Assembly: GCA_028818225.1 (NCBI GenBank)
Contig: JAPPOG010000003.1
Coordinates: 24,572 to 88,571 of the forward strand
Length of the DNA: 64,000 nt
Source: Gammaproteobacteria bacterium
GTDB lineage: Bacteria; Pseudomonadota; Gammaproteobacteria; Pseudomonadales; Pseudohongiellaceae
Reading direction: 5' to 3'
A model generated the notes under the pieces. It searched no databases, was not told the origin of the DNA, and saw only the letters and a list, made by a program, of their open reading frames with translations. This document shows, in pieces, positions 25,559-34,527 of the stretch. Within the stretch, counting starts at the first letter, position 1; the number at the start of each line of letters is the position of its first letter. A program made the translations under genes and the position numbers.

Positions 25559-27247
25559 TTGAATTCGCAGTCAAACAAGAACATAACGGGTAAATCTGCA
25601 TTTTTATCCCTGTTAAAGCAGGAAGGCATTACGCATCTTTTTGGTAATCCCGGCACCACTGAGTTACCAGTCATGGATGCATTACCGGATCATCCCGATC
25701 TTAAGTATGTGCTGGGCTTGCAGGAAGCAACAGTGGTAGCTATGGCCGATGGTTTTTCCCGTGCCACCGGGCGATTAACTGCCTGCAATGTGCATGTCGC
25801 ACCCGGACTGGGTAATGCCATGGGTTCGCTTTACAACGCCAAGTTTTTTGGCTCACCGATAATAATCACAGCTGGCCAGCAGGAACAAGGGCATGGTCTA
25901 ACGGAGCCGATGCTCTATGACCCGCTAGTGCCAATTGCAGAGCCTTTAGTGAAGTGGGCAGTAGAAGTAACACGACTGGAAGACTTGCCTCGCATTGTTC
26001 ACCGTGCCGCCAAGATTGCCTTGACCCCGCCCACCGGTCCCGTGTTTATTTCCTTACCGGGAGACATTCTCAATGCAGAAGCACCATTAGAACTGGGCAG
26101 CGCTACACGCATAGATACTACTGCCCGCCCTACAGACGAAGTTTTAAATTCCATTGCGCAACGACTGCTACGAGCAGAGTCACCTATTATTGTAAGTGGT
26201 CATGAAGTTGCGACGCATGACGCTCTTGAAGAAGTTGGTAATCTGGCTGAAGCTCTTGGCGCACCCATTTACCAACAATCGGTTCCTTACGGAGCGCATG
26301 CTTATTCGGAGCACTCTTGTTTTATCGGTGGGGTTTCTCGGGTTCAAGCTCAGGCGCGAGAACTTCTTGAAAAACACGATCTGATGATTTGTATCGGGGC
26401 TGACGTACTGCGAATGTCAGTCTTTAGTGAAGTTGATCCCTTGCCTGCATCAACCAGCATTGTGCAAATAGGTTTGCGTGATTGGGAGATGGGCAAAAAC
26501 TATCCAACAGAACTGGCTATCAGAGCTGACGTGAAATCTACTCTTAAGTCCTTAATCCCAGTAATTGGTAGCCAACAATCTCCAGATCAACAAGCAAAGG
26601 TTGCCGCTGCAGTTTCTGAACTGAGAACAAGAAACTGGACAACACAGCGCGAAAAACATAGAGAATCACTAATTCAATCTGCCGATCTTGATGCTAATCC
26701 AATCGACCCTGAACTTTTAATGTTACAGATTTCAGAATCGATTCCGGCCAATGCGGTTATCGTCGATGAAGCCCTAGTATCGGGCACAACAATGCTGCGC
26801 TATTTAGCACGGCGTGATGCCCAGAGTTATTTTGGGCTTGCCAGCGGTGGTATTGGCTTCGCCGTGGCTGGCGCAGTGGGTATTCAATTGGCGCTGCCGG
26901 ATCGTCCAGTTGTTGCAGTTATTGGTGATGGCAGTTCGATGTATAACATCCAGGCCTTGTGGACTGCCGCTAATCTTGAACTGCCAATAACTTATGTCAT
27001 CGCTAACAATCGTGGTTATCGCATTTTGAAAGAGCGGCTAATTGCTTTTCATGACAACTATAATTTTATTGGTATGGATTTTCATTCACCTGAGTTGGAT
27101 TTTGTTTCGCTTGCCGAATCCATGGGCGTGAAATCGAGAAGAATAGAAAAAGCCGCAGACTTTCCGGCGGCATTTAAGGACTCGATAAATACTAAAGGAC
27201 CAACTTTGCTAGAAGTAATGGTTGATGATGGTTTCGGAAATCAGTAA
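25559..27247 (+). CDS. Thiamine-diphosphate enzyme, benzoylformate-decarboxylase-like
   Basis: 'ITHLFGNPGTTELP', 'LQEATVVAMADGFSRA', 'GNAMGSLYNA...PIIITAGQQ', 'GPVFISLPGD' and the ThDP motif 'GDGSSMYNIQALWTAANLELPITYVIANN'. The layout parallels MdlC as I remember it. TTG start with GGAG 6 nt upstream. Confidence 0.8.
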   Translation: MNSQSNKNITGKSAFLSLLKQEGITHLFGNPGTTELPVMDALPDHPDLKYVLGLQEATVVAMADGFSRATGRLTACNVHVAPGLGNAMGSLYNAKFFGSPIIITAGQQEQGHGLTEPMLYDPLVPIAEPLVKWAVEVTRLEDLPRIVHRAAKIALTPPTGPVFISLPGDILNAEAPLELGSATRIDTTARPTDEVLNSIAQRLLRAESPIIVSGHEVATHDALEEVGNLAEALGAPIYQQSVPYGAHAYSEHSCFIGGVSRVQAQARELLEKHDLMICIGADVLRMSVFSEVDPLPASTSIVQIGLRDWEMGKNYPTELAIRADVKSTLKSLIPVIGSQQSPDQQAKVAAAVSELRTRNWTTQREKHRESLIQSADLDANPIDPELLMLQISESIPANAVIVDEALVSGTTMLRYLARRDAQSYFGLASGGIGFAVAGAVGIQLALPDRPVVAVIGDGSSMYNIQALWTAANLELPITYVIANNRGYRILKERLIAFHDNYNFIGMDFHSPELDFVSLAESMGVKSRRIEKAADFPAAFKDSINTKGPTLLEVMVDDGFGNQ

Positions 27248-28455
27248 CGTCTGATTAATTGAAATTCTCTGTCTGGTCGATAGTTGCGTAGCTCTGGTAA
27301 TTCGCGATTCTCAATGAGTTCCAGTGTTGCTAGTTGTCCGGCCAGGGGTGCCAGAGTAACCCCACTATGCATCACTGCCATATAAACGCGCGGATTTACT
27401 GTCGACCGGCCTATAACGGGATGGCCATCAAGCGGTAATGGTCTCCAGCCAATCTCTGCCCACTCAAGTCGCGCGCCTCTTATTTCAGGTACCACCTGAG
27501 CGGCAGCGTTTAACAATCGATAACCATGCTCTACTGCCAAAGACTCGGTAGGAAATTCTGTTGGCCGTCCAACCAGACGTTCATTATGAGCTGCAGTATC
27601 TGGAGGTCCTGCCTGCTCGCCAATGATAAATCTTCCGTCTTGCATCTGGTGCATATGCACACCGGGAGCGGCAATGACTCGTGAAATCAATTGTGGCAGC
27701 GGATTTGTTACAGCTATTACGCCGGGTGTCGACCGTTGCGGAACTGTCATGCCCGCAAACTCCTCCATGGCATCCGGGTCGGCGCCTGTTGCCAACACCA
27801 CCGCATCTGCCTGAATAGCTCCGGTAGAAGTGTTTAAAAAAATGCTGTTTTCAGTACGAATAACCTGTTGAAGTTCACAGGGAAATCGTTCGATAGCTCC
27901 GCGCGCCTTTGCGCCATCCAACAACATATTCACTGCCAGTACCGGATCCACCGCACCATCATTTTCCGAGTAAGCGACTTGCTGATCGCCAAAGACGACA
28001 TTCGGTTCCAGATTTCTTAGCTGCTCTGCACGCACCATACTCGCATCTTCTCCCCACAAAGCCTGTTCTTCAATTTGGTTGCGTAGTAATGCAGTACGTT
28101 CGGAATCGGCGAACCATTCCAGAGAGCCTTCCCAGAGTATTGGTATGTCGAGCTCAACTTCGAGAGTCTTCCAGCTATTCATCGAGTTTTGATTAAAGGC
28201 GTGATAAGTGCGCGGCTGTTTTGCCCACGTTGCGTTAATCCAGGCAAAAGTTGCCCTGCTGGCATGACTGGCTGGCCCCACCCTGTCAATGATTTCAACC
28301 TGTACCCCGGCTCTGGACAGGAAATAGGCTATTGCAGAACCAACGATTCCTGCTCCCACAACAACCACTTTCATATCCGTCTGAGCTCGCACTGGAGTAG
28401 TCAGGTTCAGCGTCGAAATTGCCGCAAGAAATTTTAAGACGTCTCTGCGATGCAT
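27241..28455 (-). CDS. TAT-exported FAD-dependent oxidoreductase (DAO family)
   Basis: Twin-arginine N-terminus 'MHRRDVLKFLAAISTLNL...VRAQ'. Dinucleotide fold 'VVVVGAGIVGSAIAYFLSRAG'. The convergent stop overlaps the ThDP gene by 7 nt. Confidence 0.85.
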   Translation of the reverse strand: MHRRDVLKFLAAISTLNLTTPVRAQTDMKVVVVGAGIVGSAIAYFLSRAGVQVEIIDRVGPASHASRATFAWINATWAKQPRTYHAFNQNSMNSWKTLEVELDIPILWEGSLEWFADSERTALLRNQIEEQALWGEDASMVRAEQLRNLEPNVVFGDQQVAYSENDGAVDPVLAVNMLLDGAKARGAIERFPCELQQVIRTENSIFLNTSTGAIQADAVVLATGADPDAMEEFAGMTVPQRSTPGVIAVTNPLPQLISRVIAAPGVHMHQMQDGRFIIGEQAGPPDTAAHNERLVGRPTEFPTESLAVEHGYRLLNAAAQVVPEIRGARLEWAEIGWRPLPLDGHPVIGRSTVNPRVYMAVMHSGVTLAPLAGQLATLELIENRELPELRNYRPDREFQLIRRY

Positions 28456-28497
28456 AGTATTATTCGTAGCTACGGGCTAATGAGAATACAACCTAAT

Positions 28498-29664
28498 TTA
28501 CACGACCGGACTAAGCCACAAAAGTATTTCAGCTACTGTCAGGCCGACAAAGGATCCAAGCATGGATCCGATTAGTGCCATGATAATGGCAATAGGTATT
28601 AATTGTCGGCCATAGGCGGCCCCTACAACCGCTGCCGAAGGAGCGCTACCAATATTGGCAATGGAAGCAATACCAGTAAGCAATAAATTCATGCGCAATA
28701 ACCTGGCAACTCCTAATAATAGCGCTCCATGGATAGTAAGTATGATGAAGCCCGAAACAATGTACATCGGCGCCTGGCGAATCGCGCCCAGACTCACTTC
28801 AGCACCGATTAGTGCCACAATCACATAAAGCATGATGCCAGAGACTTCTTCGCTACCAGCGGTTCTACCAAGTTGAGTTGGTGCCCCAGCCATACCCAAT
28901 ACCGACGAAAATATAATGACCCAGATCATTTCATTCAGAATACCAGCGCTGGCGACAGCCGCGCCCATGTGATTACTGATTAATGCAACGACAAGAGACA
29001 AGCCGAGCATAAAAAGCAACGAAGGCATTTCAACGCTTGCGGAGTTTTCCTGTCCCTGCAAAGATTGCACAACATGCTCCAAGCCATTGTCATCTGCCCG
29101 AAGAAATTGATCGAACTTCGATTTAAATGGTTTAAGTGCAAGGATGACCACTAACCAGATTGAATAACAAACTGCTCCCATCAGCAGGGTGTAAGTCATC
29201 GCTTCATCCGTTACCAACAAAGCTTCTTTAACTGCAACAAAATTTTGCGTACCACCTGTCCAACCGGCGGACATAGTGGCAAAGGTAAGCGCAGTTTCAG
29301 AACCCAGGAATCCCTGCATCAATTGCTGAGTAATGATGAAACCCACCATAATCGATAAAGTAGAAGCAATGCATAAGGCGATTAGACGGATTCCAAGTTT
29401 GCGAATAATCACCAAATTAAACTTGAGCGACATAAGAAAAAGCATGGCTGGTATCAAATTGTCTCTGAGTGATTCCCTTGCCTGGCGAACCTCATCGGTA
29501 AATTGCCAAATTCCGAGGGTATAGAGCGCCATTGAGGCAAACATCACGAGCACAATCGAAGGAAACCAACGAAAAAAGTTAGACTCAGAGCGAGCCTCCA
29601 GCCAGACTAATACGCCGCAAAGTCCTATTATGACTGCTATAAAATCAAAACCCTGAGTAATCAT
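28498..29664 (-). CDS. Polytopic membrane protein (DUF819-like, tentative)
   Basis: 388 aa, about 11 hydrophobic segments. The family assignment is from memory only. Confidence 0.7.
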   Translation of the reverse strand: MITQGFDFIAVIIGLCGVLVWLEARSESNFFRWFPSIVLVMFASMALYTLGIWQFTDEVRQARESLRDNLIPAMLFLMSLKFNLVIIRKLGIRLIALCIASTLSIMVGFIITQQLMQGFLGSETALTFATMSAGWTGGTQNFVAVKEALLVTDEAMTYTLLMGAVCYSIWLVVILALKPFKSKFDQFLRADDNGLEHVVQSLQGQENSASVEMPSLLFMLGLSLVVALISNHMGAAVASAGILNEMIWVIIFSSVLGMAGAPTQLGRTAGSEEVSGIMLYVIVALIGAEVSLGAIRQAPMYIVSGFIILTIHGALLLGVARLLRMNLLLTGIASIANIGSAPSAAVVGAAYGRQLIPIAIIMALIGSMLGSFVGLTVAEILLWLSPVV

Positions 29665-29764
29665 GAGTAAAGGGAACCCTAAATGGCCGATTCAAGTCAG
29701 TAATTGCTCAAACTCGCTGGCATGCCGTCAGTCAACTATTCCTGACCCAAGCAGGTTAAAAGAA

Positions 29765-31174
29765 CTACTGAGCTCCGCGCCAATTTCCATGAAAACCAAA
29801 AGGAACACGATGGTCTAAGCTTGCTCGCGCCAAAGGGCCGGAGTCGATGTTTTCTGCATCCAGAATTATCAGATGGCTTTTGTCAGTACTTGCATCATAG
29901 ACGGTAGCAAGCAGATATCCCTCGCCTTCTGCTGATTTTTCTCCTCGAGGAACAAAGACAGGTTCAGAAATAGCGAATTGATTACCCGCGGTGTAGGTCT
30001 TGGTTGAGCCGCTGGTAAAGTCGATATGACCAAGGGCATTATAGCGATCACCTTCTGCGCCACCATCAACGACACAGGCATAATAGCCATGGCGATAAGA
30101 TAAACCCGTAAATCGTTCATCCAGTCTTGGAAATTCTGAGCGCATATCATCTAGTTGCTCGACTTTGTAAGTGTTGGTGTTACTTGCCAGGTCAAAAGTC
30201 CATCGTGTTAATTTCGCCGCACTTTTTTTAGGATCTGGCTTTGAACCATCTGCGTGAGGAAATAACGGCGCCTCTTCGTATTGGCAGACTTCGCAAATTA
30301 CTTTTTGTCCCACTGTGCGCGCATTCATGGGATGAAATACATAAGCTGGATCACCTTCAAACCAACGTATGTCTGCCACGGTACCCGCGCGCGGCATGAT
30401 GCCGATGTAACTTCTTTTCTCTGGTTCCCATGCATACACAGGTCCTCCCTGCATAGCGCGTTCCATCGAGCCTGTAAGCGGCATAATTGGGAAAATTACA
30501 TGATCCCTGGTGGTGATAAAGTCATGCACCATGGCTGCGTATGGCGCATCGAACCACTCACTTCGAATAAGTGTCCCGTCCCGGGCCGCAACATGAAATG
30601 CCATGCGCGGCGAAATGTTTCCATCAGCGTTATAAGCAAAAAACAGCATTTCTCCAGTCTCTGGATCGATTTTCGGGTGGGCGGTCATTGCGCCTTTCAG
30701 TTTGTCATCAAAGGTCCAGCTTCCAATAGACTCCAAAGTTTGAGGATCCATCTCGAATGGCGCATTTGATTCGACCAGAGCAAGCAGTTTATCGCCGTGC
30801 CAGACGATGTTGGTATTGGCGATGCCATCGGTTTTAACACCGGCCACCCGCGGATCGTTATCCATTGGATTAAAGATTCCGAACAGTGACTCACCTGCTT
30901 CATTTTCCAGTTTCCACTTTACCGTTCGAACCCAACGATTAAGATAAGAAACCCTGCCCTGCTCGAGATGAAAGCCGTGTATCATGCCATCGCCTCCAAA
31001 CCAGTGATACTGGCCGCGGGGAGCAAATTGTGGATTAGGTCCAATTCGGTAGAGGGTACCATTTAGATCTTCAGGAATTTCTCCCTCGACAATCAGATCA
31101 GGTGCGTCACACTCCATTTGGATTGGAGCATATCCTCCAACAAGATTAGGATGGGTAGGAAAAGGTCTGGCCAT
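29765..31174 (-). CDS. Carotenoid/stilbene cleavage oxygenase family (RPE65/CCO; lignostilbene-dioxygenase-like)
   Basis: 'EGEIPEDLNGTLYRIGPNPQF', 'FGGDGMIHGFH', 'AAMVHDF', 'VFHPMNA' and 'PFGFHGNW' supply the four Fe-ligand His contexts of CCOs. No signal peptide. Confidence 0.9.
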   Translation of the reverse strand: MARPFPTHPNLVGGYAPIQMECDAPDLIVEGEIPEDLNGTLYRIGPNPQFAPRGQYHWFGGDGMIHGFHLEQGRVSYLNRWVRTVKWKLENEAGESLFGIFNPMDNDPRVAGVKTDGIANTNIVWHGDKLLALVESNAPFEMDPQTLESIGSWTFDDKLKGAMTAHPKIDPETGEMLFFAYNADGNISPRMAFHVAARDGTLIRSEWFDAPYAAMVHDFITTRDHVIFPIMPLTGSMERAMQGGPVYAWEPEKRSYIGIMPRAGTVADIRWFEGDPAYVFHPMNARTVGQKVICEVCQYEEAPLFPHADGSKPDPKKSAAKLTRWTFDLASNTNTYKVEQLDDMRSEFPRLDERFTGLSYRHGYYACVVDGGAEGDRYNALGHIDFTSGSTKTYTAGNQFAISEPVFVPRGEKSAEGEGYLLATVYDASTDKSHLIILDAENIDSGPLARASLDHRVPFGFHGNWRGAQ

Positions 31175-31185
31175 TTTTTAGTTCC

Positions 31186-31244
31186 TAAAAAGACAGGGTC
31201 AGGGCAGAAATACATCAAGGTATTTCTGCCCTGACCCCTTTTTA
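31186..31244 (-). terminator. Strong intrinsic terminator (usable in both orientations)
   Basis: Perfect 18-bp stem GGGTCAGGGCAGAAATAC / GTATTTCTGCCCTGACCC (31196-31213 / 31220-31237) with a 6-nt loop. There are T5 runs on both sides: the minus strand reads UGUCUUUUU after the stem. It lies just downstream of the stop at 31260. Confidence 0.85.
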
Positions 31245-31259
31245 CTCTTTACGTCCTAC

Positions 31260-31691
31260 TTACTGTTCGGTTGGATCAGCACCATCAAGTGGCGCGCCGG
31301 TCCCGGATGAGCCGGCAAAGAGTCGACGGCCATCAGGGAATGTCACTTCCCTGCCATTGGCTTTATTAGTGCCATCGATTGCGCGATAACCCTGAACAAC
31401 TAATTCGATGCCCGGGATTACGGAATCTTTGCGCCAGCCTCTTCGAACTAATGCACCCGGAGGACCGGCTTCAATCATCCACACTTCTTCCTCACCATCG
31501 TCGTTAACCACGCCAAGATGCAGCCAGGCATGGGGATTAATCCACTCCATTCGCACAACCTTGCCACGCAAATTGATTGGCTGAGTCGAATCGAATTCAC
31601 CTGAGAAAGCATGGTGCGCCTGTAGCGTTGTAAAGGCAAAGAGAGACATGCCCATGGCACCAATTACACTGATTAGTAATCGCATTCGCAT
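31260..31691 (-). CDS. Small secreted protein, predicted mature N-terminus His-His (DUF6152-like, tentative)
   Basis: The start is trimmed to ATG 31691 (GAGG about 8 nt upstream), so it no longer overlaps the upstream gene. Signal 'MRMRLLISVIGAMGMSLFAFTTLQA', then 'HHAFSGEFDSTQPINLRGKVVRMEWINPHAWLHL'. Confidence 0.75.
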   Translation of the reverse strand: MRMRLLISVIGAMGMSLFAFTTLQAHHAFSGEFDSTQPINLRGKVVRMEWINPHAWLHLGVVNDDGEEEVWMIEAGPPGALVRRGWRKDSVIPGIELVVQGYRAIDGTNKANGREVTFPDGRRLFAGSSGTGAPLDGADPTEQ

Positions 31692-31734
31692 TGGTTTTAC
31701 CTCAATCGTTCTAAACTTAAATTTTGTTTGCCGA

Positions 31735-33486
31735 CTATTCCTGATAGTCAGCTTCTTCAGCTTCACGTGCATCAAGTGTACGTGCGGCACTTAAAGTATT
31801 CGTCATACCGTAGTTACCTTCGTGGCATGCATACTCAACTAACTCATACTGACTGTCGTCTCTGATGAAATTGAACATGCCAGTCCAGGGCTCAGTCCAT
31901 ACAGCCGGATCCTCCACGGTAAATTCATAACGTAAAGTATCTGGACCGATGCGGGTAAACCGTTGGGTTAGCTTCATATCTTCGCTTGAACCAAGATAGG
32001 AAGTTCTGCCGTTCAGGTTTCTCACTTCAACTACCAGCGTGTCGCCTTCCCAACGTCCGTGGGAATCACCCAGCCAGGTCTTAAGTCCGTCACCAAAACC
32101 TTCTCGTGGTTCAGTAGAAATGACTCGTGTTTCATGAATCATTTCCTTTTGTATGGCGATATTGCCCGGGCTCTGGATGATCTGCAGACCATTGTTGTAA
32201 ATGCTGGGCATCATCATGCCTACCGGTCCGCGGGTAATACAACGTACGTAAGTACCTAAATCCACCGGTGTTCTCGCTCTTTGCGGCGGAATTCTTGGCG
32301 GCGCATTGGCTGCCAGTTGTTTATAGGCTTCAGTGGTTTCCGGCAACTGGCCATTAGGCGGATCGATTACCATGGCGGCCTGGGTGGAAGGCGCCGATCT
32401 TACATAGCCGAGAGTAGTATCACGCCATTCCCGATCGTAACCCCAGATGCTATTTAAGGTACCCCTTTCACGACGTGCGGCGGCTTCTTCCGGAGTAAGT
32501 TCTCCTGCTTCGCCAGCACCAACGCCACGTTGTAAAGGAATGCCATGCGCCGCGTCGGCGGTCCAGATACCCTGAAAATCTGGTTCACCCCAGGGTGTGC
32601 GCGGCACTACGTACAGTTCTTCAGAATCACTTGAGTCTGCAATGAAGACTTCTTCTTCAATGCCTGCCCAACCCGGTTCAACCACAGCGATCATGACACC
32701 ATCAGGCCCAAGAATGAACGCTTGATTGACCTCGGAACGTGCCCCTTCTGGCACCATGGGTTCCTGCATAAATTCAACATTAAGCTGATTCATTTGTGCT
32801 GCGGCCGCACTCAAATCTGCAACCTGAAAACCAATATGATCGATTGTGCGGCCCTGGGTAATTCCTGGTCGACCATCAGTGAAGAGGCTGGCAAGTACCC
32901 AGATGTCGCCAAAGCGAACGCCGTCTAACATTCCCTTGAGACTTTCCCGCTCACCACCTAATACCTGGTTATACCAGTCAAGTGCTGCAACCGGATCTAC
33001 CGAATTCAGATGGATGTGATGAAAACCAATTACGGCCTCATCCTGCACCAACTCAATTTTGGTTCCCCAGGGATCGGTAATAAACGCAATCTTGAATAAA
33101 CCGGGAATATCACGAACGAGAGCACCGTCGTCGAAACGAATTAGTCTGACTCCGGAACCACGAACACCAACGGATTCCAGTTCAGCCATTTTTGCGTCGA
33201 GGTCTTCAACAGAAAATCCGATGTGATCCACAGCAGATCCCTGACTGCCGCCAACGGTGCGACCCACGAAAAATTCAATATTGGTATCACCACATACAAC
33301 TGCATCATTGCGATCTATGACACGTTCACAATCCAGGTATTCTTCATACCAGCTGACAGCTTCGTTGGTACTGGAAAGTGCAATCTGAATGTGGTTTGGC
33401 TCAGCAGCATTAACTGCAAATGGAATTACCATTGCTAACGCTGATATTAACTTAAAACTTACTTTATAAATGGAGCGACACTTCAT
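31735..33486 (-). CDS. Secreted fusion: two VOC (glyoxalase/extradiol-dioxygenase-fold) modules + unnamed conserved domain (paralogue B)
   Basis: ATG with GGAGG 8 nt upstream and a Sec signal. VOC modules: 'VDHIGFSVEDLD...AFITDPWGTKIELV' and 'FHHIHLNSVDP...IDHIGFQVADLS...FILGPDGVMIAVVE'. The C-terminal ~300 aa align with 5495-6472: 'VVPRTPWGEPDFQGIW', 'GDSHGRWEGDTLVV', 'LRYEFTVEDPAVWTEPW', 'VEYACHEGNYG'. Confidence 0.85.
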   Translation of the reverse strand: MKCRSIYKVSFKLISALAMVIPFAVNAAEPNHIQIALSSTNEAVSWYEEYLDCERVIDRNDAVVCGDTNIEFFVGRTVGGSQGSAVDHIGFSVEDLDAKMAELESVGVRGSGVRLIRFDDGALVRDIPGLFKIAFITDPWGTKIELVQDEAVIGFHHIHLNSVDPVAALDWYNQVLGGERESLKGMLDGVRFGDIWVLASLFTDGRPGITQGRTIDHIGFQVADLSAAAAQMNQLNVEFMQEPMVPEGARSEVNQAFILGPDGVMIAVVEPGWAGIEEEVFIADSSDSEELYVVPRTPWGEPDFQGIWTADAAHGIPLQRGVGAGEAGELTPEEAAARRERGTLNSIWGYDREWRDTTLGYVRSAPSTQAAMVIDPPNGQLPETTEAYKQLAANAPPRIPPQRARTPVDLGTYVRCITRGPVGMMMPSIYNNGLQIIQSPGNIAIQKEMIHETRVISTEPREGFGDGLKTWLGDSHGRWEGDTLVVEVRNLNGRTSYLGSSEDMKLTQRFTRIGPDTLRYEFTVEDPAVWTEPWTGMFNFIRDDSQYELVEYACHEGNYGMTNTLSAARTLDAREAEEADYQE

Positions 33487-33561
33487 GGTGCGAACCTCCG
33501 CTTGGTTAGTCTTCTATTCTTTTAATTAACTAAAAATTTGTCTTATCTAAATAAGTCGATT

Positions 33562-34392
33562 CTATTCTTCTGATTCTTCTCGCTTCATTAAATGGCCATA
33601 CAAAATCTCTTCCGAGAACTCGACACATTTGTATTCTATGACACGTGCGTTTGGTTCCAGCCTTCTATACAAAGGCATACGAATCTGCCAGGGGCGGGAA
33701 AACACGGTTGGGTCTTCAATAGTTGCTTCGTATAACATGGCGTCGGGACTGATAGGTGTGTAACGCTCGGTTACTACCAGATTGCTACTGGCAAAATTGC
33801 CGGCACGATCGAACCAGGCTTCACCGTTAAATCCGCGGGCATCAACAACTAAAGTATTACCTTCCCAATGACCATGGGAGCGACCCATATAGGTATCCAA
33901 TGGGGCCGGTTCCGGGTTTTCTACATTCATATGAATGGTGCGATTCGCCTCGGCGAACCCATAGACAATCATGATCTTGTCGGTGCCCTGCAGTATCTGA
34001 AACGGATAAGGCAGGTAAGTGGCACGTGGCACACCAGGCAGATAGCACTTGGTTTCGGGATCACCAGTCGGCCTGCTTTCCCAATTAGCTTGTTTCTGTT
34101 CCAGGGCAGAAGCCAGATAAGGAATTTCTCCACCTACCACAACCCCCTGGCCGGGCGGCACCGCACCAATCGCGCCCATTTCCGGCAGACCCGCGCTGGC
34201 TTCATGATCCTGCAGGTCCCAGTGGGCAGTGCCAATGGCCTGCCAGACACCATTAATATCGGGATTACCATCCCAGGCTTCTTGCGGATCGTAGTTGCCG
34301 ATTTCCTGGGCCATAACTGAAGTGCTCAACAGGAAAGCAGCAAGAAGTGCCTTGAGAGGAAGGAAAACAGTGGGCTTAAGTCGTATTACCAT
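33562..34392 (-). CDS. Secreted protein, unnamed conserved domain (paralogue C)
   Basis: Sec signal 'LLAAFLLSTSVMAQE'. Motifs 'NPDINGVW', 'ETKCYLPG', 'GRSHGHWEGNTLVV', 'MLYEATIEDPTVFSRPW' and 'IEYKCVEFSEE' parallel paralogues A and B. Confidence 0.85.
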   Translation of the reverse strand: MVIRLKPTVFLPLKALLAAFLLSTSVMAQEIGNYDPQEAWDGNPDINGVWQAIGTAHWDLQDHEASAGLPEMGAIGAVPPGQGVVVGGEIPYLASALEQKQANWESRPTGDPETKCYLPGVPRATYLPYPFQILQGTDKIMIVYGFAEANRTIHMNVENPEPAPLDTYMGRSHGHWEGNTLVVDARGFNGEAWFDRAGNFASSNLVVTERYTPISPDAMLYEATIEDPTVFSRPWQIRMPLYRRLEPNARVIEYKCVEFSEEILYGHLMKREESEE

Positions 34393-34527
34393 TAGCGAGC
34401 CCCTTCATTATTATTGTTGGAATTAAGGAATTAATCCCTTCGATTTTCCCAGCTAGTGTGGAGAGGGTCAAGCGGCTTAAGCATCCGAATTAACTGGCTT
34501 TTACTCCAAATTCATCAAGTGGAAGCA

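Noticed and set aside
30281-30769. Long antisense ORFs inside well-supported genes. This one is an example; others are 9646-9972, 13685-14137, 17600-18010, 33868-34320, 44818-45210 and 52369-52761.
   Set aside because: Each lies wholly inside a longer opposite-strand gene that has clear family motifs. Their translations are low-complexity or Arg/Ser/Pro-rich with no motifs, which is typical of shadow ORFs.
31692-31790. N-terminal extensions in the ORF track. This one is an example; others are 4326-4370, 18031-18093, 18273-18329, 37684-37695, 43430-43549, 44643-44729, 44842-44859, 46863-46913 and 56115-56195.
   Set aside because: The extensions overlap the upstream gene or precede a better start that has an SD and gives a proper signal peptide or domain start. 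Coordinates were trimmed accordingly and remain predictions.
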